A DNA stretch of 58,150 bases from Pseudomonadota bacterium (GTDB taxonomy: Bacteria > Pseudomonadota > Gammaproteobacteria > Steroidobacterales > Rariloculaceae): positions 1 to 58,150 of the forward strand of contig JAZAGZ010000123.1 of NCBI GenBank assembly GCA_036231525.1, written 5' to 3'. The translations under genes were made by a program, and so were the position numbers. Position 1 is the first letter of the stretch. Each line of letters opens with the position of its first letter. Of the stretch, positions 30,459 to 38,880 are shown piece after piece. The notes beneath the pieces are model-generated. The model searched no databases and was not told where the DNA came from. It was given only the letters and a program-made list of their open reading frames with translations.

Positions 30459-31415
30459 ATGAAAGCCGCGTTTCTTGATTTTGCAACCCTAGGACCGGGA
30501 ATAAATACTGCTTCCTTGGATAACCTGCTCCAGGTGAGTTACCACACGAGCTCTAATCATGCCGAGATACTCGAGAGACTTCACGACAAGGAAGTTGCGC
30601 TGCTTAACAAAGCGGCTCTCGATCGGGACATCATTACAACAAGCGGAGAGCTAAAACTTATCGTGCTGGCGGCGACCGGGACAGATAATGTTGATTTGGC
30701 AGCGGCCAAGAAACGTGGAATCGCTGTTTCAAATATTCGCGACTACTGTACAGATGCTGTAGCGCAACATGTCATGGCCCTGATTCTGGGACTCACTCGA
30801 CAGGTTGGAGGTTGCCGAGCTCTCGTCTCGGCCGGGGCCTGGCAGCGCAGCGAGGCATTTGCTCTATTTGAATATCCGATTAGGGAACTAACGGGTAAGA
30901 CCCTCGGAATTGTAGGCTATGGGACCTTAGGGCGTGCTGTGGCAAAGGCCGGTCGTTGCTTCGGTATGGAGGTATTGATTGCCGGGCGTATTGATGCGGG
31001 AAAAGACACCATTAGAGAAGACCGTGTTCCTCTCCACAGTCTGCTTCAACGGGCAGATGTAGTTAGTCTCCATTGCCCACTTACGGACTCGAATCATCAC
31101 ATGATAAGCACCAGAGAGCTTCGTCTCATGAAAAAAGACTCCTTGTTAATTAACACGGCGCGCGGAGCTTTGATCAACAGCCGGGCGTTGGTGGAGGCGC
31201 TTGATGCGGGGATCATTGCCGGAGCTGGGATTGACGTGTTGTCGAAGGAGCCGCCAACGGATGACGAGCCGCTACTTAGACCCGGCATTCCGAATTTGAT
31301 ACTGACACCGCATATCGCTTGGGCTGCAAAGGAATCTCGGCAGCGCGCGTTGGATCAGGTGACAGAAAATATAACGGATTTCTTAGGTGGTGGGCGACTC
31401 AGAAGAATCGTTTAA
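30459..31415 (+). CDS. hprA: D-2-hydroxyacid dehydrogenase (glycerate dehydrogenase / hydroxypyruvate reductase type)
   Basis: ATGTDNVDL, GIVGYGTLG, SLHCPLT, INTARG, DVLSKEPP, TPHIAW; start refined to ATG 30459. Confidence 0.8.
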   Translation: MKAAFLDFATLGPGINTASLDNLLQVSYHTSSNHAEILERLHDKEVALLNKAALDRDIITTSGELKLIVLAATGTDNVDLAAAKKRGIAVSNIRDYCTDAVAQHVMALILGLTRQVGGCRALVSAGAWQRSEAFALFEYPIRELTGKTLGIVGYGTLGRAVAKAGRCFGMEVLIAGRIDAGKDTIREDRVPLHSLLQRADVVSLHCPLTDSNHHMISTRELRLMKKDSLLINTARGALINSRALVEALDAGIIAGAGIDVLSKEPPTDDEPLLRPGIPNLILTPHIAWAAKESRQRALDQVTENITDFLGGGRLRRIV

Positions 31416-31460
31416 GGGGCGGGTGCGCTAGATACTTGAAAGTCTACGGACCGAGAGCAA

Positions 31461-32177
31461 TTAGTCAGCGCTATGCGATCTTGATTTGATGATACGACCG
31501 GCAGCCATCTCGAACATTAGATCACAGCGATCAGCAGCTGTAAGGTCGTGGGTGACCAACACCAGTGTTGTATTGGCCGCTGCATTGAGCTCAAAGAGTA
31601 GATTTAGAATCCGTTCACCCGTTTTATTATCCAAATTTCCAGTGGGTTCATCGGCAAACAGAAGCGAAGGGCTTGTTACAAAGGCTCGCGCGATGGCAAC
31701 CCGTTGTTTCTCGCCGCCAGAAAGCTGTCGGGGATAATGATGTAAGCGGGAGTGAAGGCCAACCCGGTTCAATGCTTCTCGGGCATCATCGGTGGAGTCG
31801 GCAACACCACTCAACTCCAGGGGCAGGAGTACATTTTCAAGCGCAGTCAGAGAGGGAAGGAGATGAAACGACTGAAAGACAAATCCAACTTGTTGATTTC
31901 GTAGCTGCGCTCTACCATCTTCGTCTAGCGCCGTGAGTTCTACACCGGCCAACCAGACCTCGCCGGATGTTGCCCCGTCTAGACCTGCCAACAGCGCCAA
32001 TAGCGTTGATTTCCCTGCTCCGGAAGGTCCAACAACTGCAGCTGTTTCTCCACTATTTACAATAAGGCTGGCGTCATCCAGGATGGTCAGCTCCCCTTCT
32101 GGGCTGGTAACCTTTTTAGTTAAGGCACGCGCCACAAGTAAAGAGTCAGGTTTAGTTATGTTATCCAGAGGCATCAT
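31461..32177 (-). CDS. ybbA: ABC transporter ATP-binding protein, YbbA/LolD-like
   Basis: GPSGAGKST, GFVFQSFHL, LSGGEKQRVAIARA, FADEPTGNLD; head-to-head with tesA. Confidence 0.85.
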   Translation of the reverse strand: MMPLDNITKPDSLLVARALTKKVTSPEGELTILDDASLIVNSGETAAVVGPSGAGKSTLLALLAGLDGATSGEVWLAGVELTALDEDGRAQLRNQQVGFVFQSFHLLPSLTALENVLLPLELSGVADSTDDAREALNRVGLHSRLHHYPRQLSGGEKQRVAIARAFVTSPSLLFADEPTGNLDNKTGERILNLLFELNAAANTTLVLVTHDLTAADRCDLMFEMAAGRIIKSRSHSAD

Positions 32178-32799
32178 CTCCACTCGTTTTTTTGTTACTG
32201 CTATCACCGCGGCAGTGGTTGCCTTCCTGTGGACCATGCCCGCTAATCCAGCCGGACAGACCATAGTCGTAGTAGGCGATTCACTCAGCAGCGGTTACGG
32301 GCTGCGTATCGAACAATCCTGGGTTGCAATGCTACAGGATCGACTGCACTCAGAAGGTTACGGTTATGAAATTATCAATGCCAGTGTTCCAGGCGATACG
32401 AGTTCGGGAGGACTGGCGCGGTTGCCAAGGCTTTTAGAGGCACACCAGCCAACCCTAGTGATCATTGAGCTTGGTGGAAATGATGGGTTACGGGGACAGT
32501 CTATAGAGAGGCTTCGCGAAAACCTGCGAACCATGATCGAGCTGACTCAGGAGAGTGGGGCAACGCCTATTCTCACAGGGATCAGAATCCCACCCAATTA
32601 CGGTTCGATGTACGCTGAGGCGCTAGCTGGCACATATCCGGAACTCTCCCGACAACTTGGCGTGCCGTTGGTTGCGTTCCTGATGGAAGGTGTAGCCTTA
32701 GACGAAAATCTGATGCAACCTGACGGGATTCATCCAAATGCTGACGGTAATGCAGTCATGCTAGAGAATGTCTGGATGGTGCTGGCGGAACTCTTGTGA
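32158..32799 (+). CDS. tesA: Arylesterase / acyl-CoA thioesterase I (SGNH hydrolase)
   Basis: Signal peptide, GDSLSSGYG, NASVPGDT, ELGGNDGLRG, DGIHPN; likely start ATG 32158. Confidence 0.92.
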   Translation: MLSRGIISTRFFVTAITAAVVAFLWTMPANPAGQTIVVVGDSLSSGYGLRIEQSWVAMLQDRLHSEGYGYEIINASVPGDTSSGGLARLPRLLEAHQPTLVIIELGGNDGLRGQSIERLRENLRTMIELTQESGATPILTGIRIPPNYGSMYAEALAGTYPELSRQLGVPLVAFLMEGVALDENLMQPDGIHPNADGNAVMLENVWMVLAELL

Positions 32800-32856
32800 G
32801 TTGTTGGAGTATCTTCGATAGGGGTTCAATTTTGATTACTCTGCACGAGAGTAACG

Positions 32857-34527
32857 ATGGTCTTCATGGATAAGATGCGGCCTTGGCTGAGTTCGTACCC
32901 GGAAGGAGTGCCTACTGAAATAAACCCTAGTCAGTATCCATCCTTAAAGGAACTACTAGAACATAGTTTTCGGGAATTCGCGGAGCTCCCTGCATTTTCC
33001 AATCTAGGTACGACGCTGAATTTCGCACAGGTAGAGCAGTTCAGTCGTTACTTCGCTGCTTACCTTCAATCAGCGACAGGTCTAGAATCTGGGGACCGCG
33101 TCGCCATTATGATGCCTAACCTTCTTCAATATCCTGTGGTTCTGTTCGGGATTTTGCGGGCAGGGATGATAGCGGTGAACGTGAACCCGCTCTACACGGC
33201 GCGAGAGTTAGAACATCAGCTAAACGATAGTGGTGCGCGTTCAATAGTCGTTTTGGAGAATTTTGCGAGTACTCTGCAGCCCGTGTTGCCCGCAACGGCG
33301 ATTGAAACGGTGATTGTGACGAAAGTTGGAGATCACTTTCCATTCTTGAAGCGCGTCGCCACTAATTTTGTCGTCAAGCGCATAAAAAAGATTGTACCCC
33401 CTTGGGCTATCCAAACAGCGGTGAGTTATCTACATGCACTTGTTGCTGGAAAGGACCTCCCATACCGAGAAGTTGTGTTGGGATCTGAGGACATCGCATT
33501 CTTACAATACACGGGCGGCACGACGGGTATTGCAAAGGGAGCGATGCTCACGCATCGAAACATAGTTAGCAATGTTTTGCAGGCTGCTGCGTGGGCGAGA
33601 CCTTTCATTGCCGAACGCGAAGGCATCGTTGTTACCCCACTTCCGCTCTATCATATATTTTCCTTAACAGCCAATTTATTTTGTTTTGTAGAGCTTGGCG
33701 GACACAACATCCTGATAACTAATCCTAGGGACTTACCTAGTCTCATTAAGGAACTCAAACGAGGGCCGTTCACCTACATCACCGGCGTCAATACGTTGTT
33801 TGCTGCACTATTGAATTCACCAGCGTTTGCAAGCATCGATTTTAGTCAATTGAGAGTGAGCATGGGTGGTGGAATGGCCGTTCAAAGTAGCGTTTCGGAT
33901 GAATGGAAAGCACTGACGGGGCAATCACTTACCCAAGGTTACGGCCTTACCGAAACATCACCTATCGTCTGCGCCAATCCTTTGGACAACAGAGCATTTA
34001 ATGGTTCCGTAGGGCTTCCGCTGCCTTCGACTGAAGTAATAATCTGTGATGATGGGGCGATGCTGGCGTCAAACGAGGTCGGAGAGATTTGTGTCCGTGG
34101 CCCTCAGGTGATGAAAGGGTATTGGAATCAGCCGGAGGCGACCGTGGAGATTCTCTCTGACGATGGTTGGCTCAAGACAGGGGATATCGGTCGGATGGAT
34201 GCCCAAGGATTCATTTACATTGAGGATCGTAAAAAAGATCTCATACTGGTGTCTGGGTTTAATGTTTATCCTAACGAGATCGAAAATGTTGTTGTTAGCC
34301 ATCCAGATGTGCTGGAAGCTGCCGTTATAGGGGTTCCGGATCAGCAGACGGGAGAAGCCGTAAAATTGTTTGCTGTCAAAAAAAATCCTGTGCTGACGGA
34401 GGCGCAACTCATTGAACATTGTCGTGAAAATCTGACGGGCTATAAAATACCGCGGGAGGTGATTTTTCGAGATGAATTACCAAAGACGAATGTTGGGAAG
34501 GTGCTTAGGCGAGCGCTCAGAGAGTAA
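32857..34527 (+). CDS. fadD: Long-chain fatty acid-CoA ligase
   Basis: LQYTGGTTGIAKGAML, QGYGLTE, RGPQVMKGYW, DRKKDLILVSGFNVYP, LPKTNVGK. Confidence 0.93.
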   Translation: MVFMDKMRPWLSSYPEGVPTEINPSQYPSLKELLEHSFREFAELPAFSNLGTTLNFAQVEQFSRYFAAYLQSATGLESGDRVAIMMPNLLQYPVVLFGILRAGMIAVNVNPLYTARELEHQLNDSGARSIVVLENFASTLQPVLPATAIETVIVTKVGDHFPFLKRVATNFVVKRIKKIVPPWAIQTAVSYLHALVAGKDLPYREVVLGSEDIAFLQYTGGTTGIAKGAMLTHRNIVSNVLQAAAWARPFIAEREGIVVTPLPLYHIFSLTANLFCFVELGGHNILITNPRDLPSLIKELKRGPFTYITGVNTLFAALLNSPAFASIDFSQLRVSMGGGMAVQSSVSDEWKALTGQSLTQGYGLTETSPIVCANPLDNRAFNGSVGLPLPSTEVIICDDGAMLASNEVGEICVRGPQVMKGYWNQPEATVEILSDDGWLKTGDIGRMDAQGFIYIEDRKKDLILVSGFNVYPNEIENVVVSHPDVLEAAVIGVPDQQTGEAVKLFAVKKNPVLTEAQLIEHCRENLTGYKIPREVIFRDELPKTNVGKVLRRALRE

Positions 34528-34898
34528 TGGATAGATCAGTTAACGTATTAGGAGAACCTCTGGAAAGCTGCAGTGAAAATCCTATGACAGGGTTTTTTCG
34601 CGACGGGTGTTGTAACACTAGTGAGGACGATGTGGGTTCTCACACGGTATGTGTGAAGGTGACCAAGGAATTTCTGGAGTTCTCTCGATTTAAAGGCAAC
34701 GATTTGTCAACTCCCCTCCCGGAATTTGGATTTCCCGGACTTAAATCGGGAGATCAATGGTGTCTTTGCGCGGCGCGCTGGTTGGAGGCGCAACAACACG
34801 GGATGGCCCCTCGTGTGATGTTGAGGGGGACCCACTCAGGAGCTTTAGAAATTGTACCGCTGGATCTTTTAAAGGAACATGCGGCCGATCTTAACTAA
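34527..34898 (+). CDS. DUF2237 family protein
   Basis: NVLGEPL..C...PMTGFFRDGCC, GNDLSTP, PGLK.GD.WCLCA.RW; TAATG overlap with fadD. Confidence 0.9.
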   Translation: MDRSVNVLGEPLESCSENPMTGFFRDGCCNTSEDDVGSHTVCVKVTKEFLEFSRFKGNDLSTPLPEFGFPGLKSGDQWCLCAARWLEAQQHGMAPRVMLRGTHSGALEIVPLDLLKEHAADLN

Positions 34899-34942
34899 CC
34901 CAACCCAATAGATCGCAATGTCGCTGAACTGTTCTGATGGGT

Positions 34943-35668
34943 TTATTGAAAGGCGGAGGCAATTTCCGCCTGGATAGTTTCAGCTATCTGGCGGGGATTT
35001 GGTGCGTTGCGTATTGGTCGGCCGACGACAATATAGCTTGCTCCATTTTCAAAAGCTTGGCTCGGAGTGACAACACGTTTCTGGTCGTCTCTTGAGCTTT
35101 TGCTGGCAGGACGAATCCCTGGCGTCACGATGACCGGGCCCAGTCCCAGCGTTTCCCGAAGCGAAGCGGCTTCCAGGCCAGACGCGATTACACCGTCGCA
35201 GCCCACGGCCATTGCAAGCTTTGCTCTCTCCAGCACCAGACTCTGTACATCTAACTCAATACCCATTTGTCTTAGATCGTCGTTGTCCATGCTGGTTAGT
35301 ACTGTCACCGCAAGAATCTGCAAACGACCCTTTTCAGAAGCAGCTGCTTCCATAATGGATTTGTCGCCATGTACTGTTAGAAAAGAAGCCCCTCGACCGC
35401 TGATTTGACGAACGGCTGCGGCTACTGTGGCAGGCACATCGTAAAATTTTAGGTCGGCGAAGACGCGTTTATCTCGGTTTATTAACCAGTCTAGAAGTTC
35501 AAAGTAGTTCCCCGATGCGGAGAGTTCTAGGCCGATCTTATAAAATTCTACAACGTTTCCTAGTTCCTCAACCAAGGTTCGTGCCTCATCAGCATTGGGC
35601 ACGTCCAGTGCAACTATTAGACGCTGGCTCGGCGGGATATCGGAACGGGGGACAGACTCTATTGACAC
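34943..35668 (-). CDS. pyrF: Orotidine-5'-phosphate decarboxylase
   Basis: LIVALD, YKIGLEL, FADLKFYDVPATV, LAVTVLTS, VTPGIR, DDQKR, VVGRPI. Confidence 0.96.
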   Translation of the reverse strand: MSIESVPRSDIPPSQRLIVALDVPNADEARTLVEELGNVVEFYKIGLELSASGNYFELLDWLINRDKRVFADLKFYDVPATVAAAVRQISGRGASFLTVHGDKSIMEAAASEKGRLQILAVTVLTSMDNDDLRQMGIELDVQSLVLERAKLAMAVGCDGVIASGLEAASLRETLGLGPVIVTPGIRPASKSSRDDQKRVVTPSQAFENGASYIVVGRPIRNAPNPRQIAETIQAEIASAFQ

Positions 35669-35716
35669 GCCATGTATTCTAGCAGAGGACTAGTCATAGC
35701 GGATGACGTGTTGCAG

Positions 35717-36874
35717 TTACGATCCTGTAGTTACGTTCTTTTCCAATGCCTCGTGAGCTTGCAATGCAAAACGATCGGTCATTCCCGCGATGTAGTCCGA
35801 TACTATACGTGCTGCTGCAGCCGTGCCGAATTTGTCACAAGCTTGTTGGGCGCGCTGCGCATATTCTGGAGGCATGCATTCGTAGTCGCCCTGAAAAGTT
35901 TCGAACAGTACCGATATGATCTCGTGAGCTTGCTCGGTCATGCTGCGTACTTTTGGGTGTCGATAAAGTTGTTCTCTCAAGAATTGCTTCAGTATTTTTT
36001 GGGTTTCCAGAAAGGTGTTGCTGAAACCGATCAGTGGTTTATTGTGATCGCGGATCGCATCAATACTGTCCGGTGCGAGATTTACGATGCGGCGTTGGCT
36101 TGTATTTATCAAGTCCGCGACCAGTTCACCGATCATTGCTCGCACGACTTCATGAATTCTCTGACGATCATCAATACCGGGATAAATACGTTCGACGACA
36201 TTGAGTTGTTGGGTAAAGAAGCTAATATCAGTCAGGTCACGTAGTTCAATCAAGCCGGATCTTAGGCCGTCATCGACATCGTGGTTATTGTAGGCAATTT
36301 CATCGGCAACATTGGCGAGTTGAGCCTCTAGTCCAGGCTGTTGTCGTTTAATGAAGCGTTTCCCGAGTTCACCGAGTTTGTGAGCGTTAGTAAGAGAACA
36401 GTGTTTCAATATGCCCTCACGTGTTTCAAAGGTCAGATTGAGGCCGGAAAAACCTGCATAACGTTTCTCAAGTTGATCCACGACGCGCAGTGACTGCAAG
36501 TTGTGCTCGAAACCCCCAAACTCCTTCATACATTTATTTAGAGCATCTTGGCCAGCATGTCCGAAAGGCGTGTGCCCTAAATCATGAGCAAGACTGATCG
36601 CTTCCACCAAGTCTTCGTTGAGTCGCATGGCTCTAGCTACCGTGCGGGCAATCTGCGCGACCTCAAGCGAGTGAGTCAGCCGGGTTCGGTAAAGGTCCCC
36701 TTCATGGTTAACGAAAACTTGAGTTTTGTATACCAGACGCCGAAATGCACTTGAATGAATAATGCGATCGCGGTCACGCTGAAATTCAGTCCGATAGTTT
36801 GGCGGAGCCTCCAGATAGATGCGCCCGCGAGAGTTGTTGGGAGTCGCGGCGTAAAGAGCTAACTCTTCCGGCAT
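35717..36874 (-). CDS. dgt: Deoxyguanosinetriphosphate triphosphohydrolase (HD family)
   Basis: FQRDRDRIIHS.AFRRL..KTQVF, RTRLTHSLEV, AHDLGHTPFGHAG, DYIAGMTD. Confidence 0.95.
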   Translation of the reverse strand: MPEELALYAATPNNSRGRIYLEAPPNYRTEFQRDRDRIIHSSAFRRLVYKTQVFVNHEGDLYRTRLTHSLEVAQIARTVARAMRLNEDLVEAISLAHDLGHTPFGHAGQDALNKCMKEFGGFEHNLQSLRVVDQLEKRYAGFSGLNLTFETREGILKHCSLTNAHKLGELGKRFIKRQQPGLEAQLANVADEIAYNNHDVDDGLRSGLIELRDLTDISFFTQQLNVVERIYPGIDDRQRIHEVVRAMIGELVADLINTSQRRIVNLAPDSIDAIRDHNKPLIGFSNTFLETQKILKQFLREQLYRHPKVRSMTEQAHEIISVLFETFQGDYECMPPEYAQRAQQACDKFGTAAAARIVSDYIAGMTDRFALQAHEALEKNVTTGS

Positions 36875-36886
36875 GACAACATCCGA

Positions 36887-37966
36887 TCAAACTGTGAGTT
36901 GAGCCTGGATGGCACTTTTAAGTATTAATTCATCCGGGGCGTTATGCAGGATGCCCCTGCCTACGCCCTCAAGGAGCACCATCTTCAGCCCTTGAGTTCT
37001 CGCTTTTTTGTCTAAATGCATGAGTCCTATAAGAGCATCCGGTTCTATTCCAGATGCGGTTACCGGTAGTCCAGCCTGTACGAGCAGTGATTGAATTCGA
37101 TTGCAGTCAGCGGGTTTGATCAATCCGAGTTCCATGGAAGTTCTCGCTGCCATTGCAATGCCTATAGCAACGGCTTCGCCATGCAACCACTTCCCATAGC
37201 CGCTTAGTGACTCGAGGGCATGACCAAAAGTGTGACCGAGATTTAACAGCGCACGACGACCTTGCTCGAATTCATCCTCCGCGACGATAGCCGCTTTTAT
37301 CTCGCAGCTTCGGCGAACTAGGTACGTTAAAGCATCGGGGTTTTGCGCCAGGACATCTGCTATGTGGTCCTCAAGCCAGCAAAAGAAAGCGTCTTCCAGG
37401 ATGAGGCCGTGTTTGATGACTTCGGCTAATCCGGCTGAGAACTCGCGTTCCGGCAATGTCGCTAATGTATCTGTATCGGCGAGCACACAAAGCGGCTGAT
37501 GGAAAGCCCCAATCATATTTTTAGCTTTCGGATGGTTGACAGCAGTTTTCCCACCAACAGAGGAATCAACCTGTGCGAGCAGCGTGGTGGGAACCTGCAC
37601 GTAATCAACGCCGCGCTGATAGCATGCTGCGGCAAAGCCCGTGAGGTCACCAATCACCCCGCCGCCGAGGGCTACTAGACAAGCATCGCGGTGAAATCCT
37701 GTTGCAACCAGCTCGTCAATAATCTTTGACAAAGTGCTTAGATTTTTTTCCTCTTCTCCGTCCGGCAGAATTAGTATGTGTTTTTGCTTTGAAGCCAGTG
37801 CTTGCTCTAGTTTGCTGAGATACAGTGGGGCGACTGTTTCATTTGATACGATCAATACTTGAGCTGCTGGAATAGAATTTACAAGTAGATCACTATCGCC
37901 GAGGAGCCCCGGACCGATAAGAATCGGATAGCTTCTTTCGCCAAGTGATACTTGAAGTTTTTCCAT
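36887..37966 (-). CDS. aroB: 3-dehydroquinate synthase
   Basis: LPDGE..K, ALGGGVIGDL, PTTLLAQVDSSVGGKT, LNLGHTFGH, HGEAV; start refined to ATG 37966. Confidence 0.97.
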   Translation of the reverse strand: MEKLQVSLGERSYPILIGPGLLGDSDLLVNSIPAAQVLIVSNETVAPLYLSKLEQALASKQKHILILPDGEEEKNLSTLSKIIDELVATGFHRDACLVALGGGVIGDLTGFAAACYQRGVDYVQVPTTLLAQVDSSVGGKTAVNHPKAKNMIGAFHQPLCVLADTDTLATLPEREFSAGLAEVIKHGLILEDAFFCWLEDHIADVLAQNPDALTYLVRRSCEIKAAIVAEDEFEQGRRALLNLGHTFGHALESLSGYGKWLHGEAVAIGIAMAARTSMELGLIKPADCNRIQSLLVQAGLPVTASGIEPDALIGLMHLDKKARTQGLKMVLLEGVGRGILHNAPDELILKSAIQAQLTV

Positions 37967-37989
37967 GTGTGTAGGGTCGCAGGGCATCG

Positions 37990-38529
37990 TTATTTTTTCA
38001 ACGATGAGAAGTCGTATTCTAGCAACCGGTTTTTGATGTTTGCGACAGTACTTTTTACTCGTTGCCCCTCGGTATCTACGATGATATTCGCTATTTCTTC
38101 GTAATATGGTTTGCGAATTTCCATTAATCGTGTCAGAACATCAATGGGGGTATCCGTCAGAAGAAGCGGGCGTTTCTTCGTATGCTGAGTGCGTTCGAGC
38201 TGCTGTTTTACGCTGGTCCTGAGATATACAACGATACCGTTAGCACTTAGTAGCTCACGGTTTTCAGCCTCTAAAATAGTGCCGCCCCCTGTTGCGAGCA
38301 CTACGTTTTTCCGCTGCGTAAGATCAGCAATTACTACCTTCTCCCGTTCTCGAAATTGAGGCTCGCCCTCTTTATCAAATATGAAAGCGATGTCCACGCC
38401 AGCTCGCTGCTCAATCTCAGCGTCGCTATCTACGAACTCTATTTCTAGGTCTTTGGCGAGATGACGTCCTACAGCCGTTTTTCCAGACCCCATCGGACCA
38501 ATAAGAAATACATTGTCTAGCTTACTCAT
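37990..38529 (-). CDS. aroK: Shikimate kinase
   Basis: IGPMGSGKTAVG, DSD.EIE, GE..FR, ATGGG, RPLL. Confidence 0.97.
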   Translation of the reverse strand: MSKLDNVFLIGPMGSGKTAVGRHLAKDLEIEFVDSDAEIEQRAGVDIAFIFDKEGEPQFREREKVVIADLTQRKNVVLATGGGTILEAENRELLSANGIVVYLRTSVKQQLERTQHTKKRPLLLTDTPIDVLTRLMEIRKPYYEEIANIIVDTEGQRVKSTVANIKNRLLEYDFSSLKK

Positions 38530-38796
38530 TAAAATGAACCGAATGGATTTCTAGACTGGGAGTCTAGTTGACGCAAAAGAAAAGACCAGTCCAAAAGATA
38601 GTTACGGCAACCAAATTTTAGTCCAATTTTTGCTGTTCGTAAGGATAATAGCTGGATCGAGCAGGTTTCACCGCTGACAGGGTTTTTTTGCCAGCGTAGA
38701 AATATAAATTTTCCTTTCCAATTCCACAGGTTGGGTTAGAATCTTGTAATTAGCGTGAATACCCAATTTAAATGTGGCACTTGCCAATCATGTCGC

Positions 38797-38812
38797 TGTG
38801 ATGAGCTTCACT
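38797..38812. promoter_or_regulatory. CRP/Vfr-like binding site
   Basis: TGTGA-TGAGCT-TCACT matches TGTGA-N6-TCACA at 9 of 10 positions; lies in the aroK-mrcA intergenic region. Confidence 0.55.
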
Positions 38813-38880
38813 TCACTGGGAACTAATGGTATGCCCAGAAGGTCTCAACCAAGACAAGGAAGTACAATACGCCTGTAGTA

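Noticed and set aside
31933-32264. Apparent 330-bp bidirectional overlap of tesA and ybbA
   Set aside because: Artefact of longest-ORF start calls; plausible starts at 32158 and 32177 give a short overlap like the one known in E. coli.
35672-36244. 190-aa ORF antisense to dgt, and similar antisense ORFs such as 1308-1811, 24960-25433 and 49034-49511
   Set aside because: They lie opposite well-supported genes and have no recognisable motifs; shadow ORFs.
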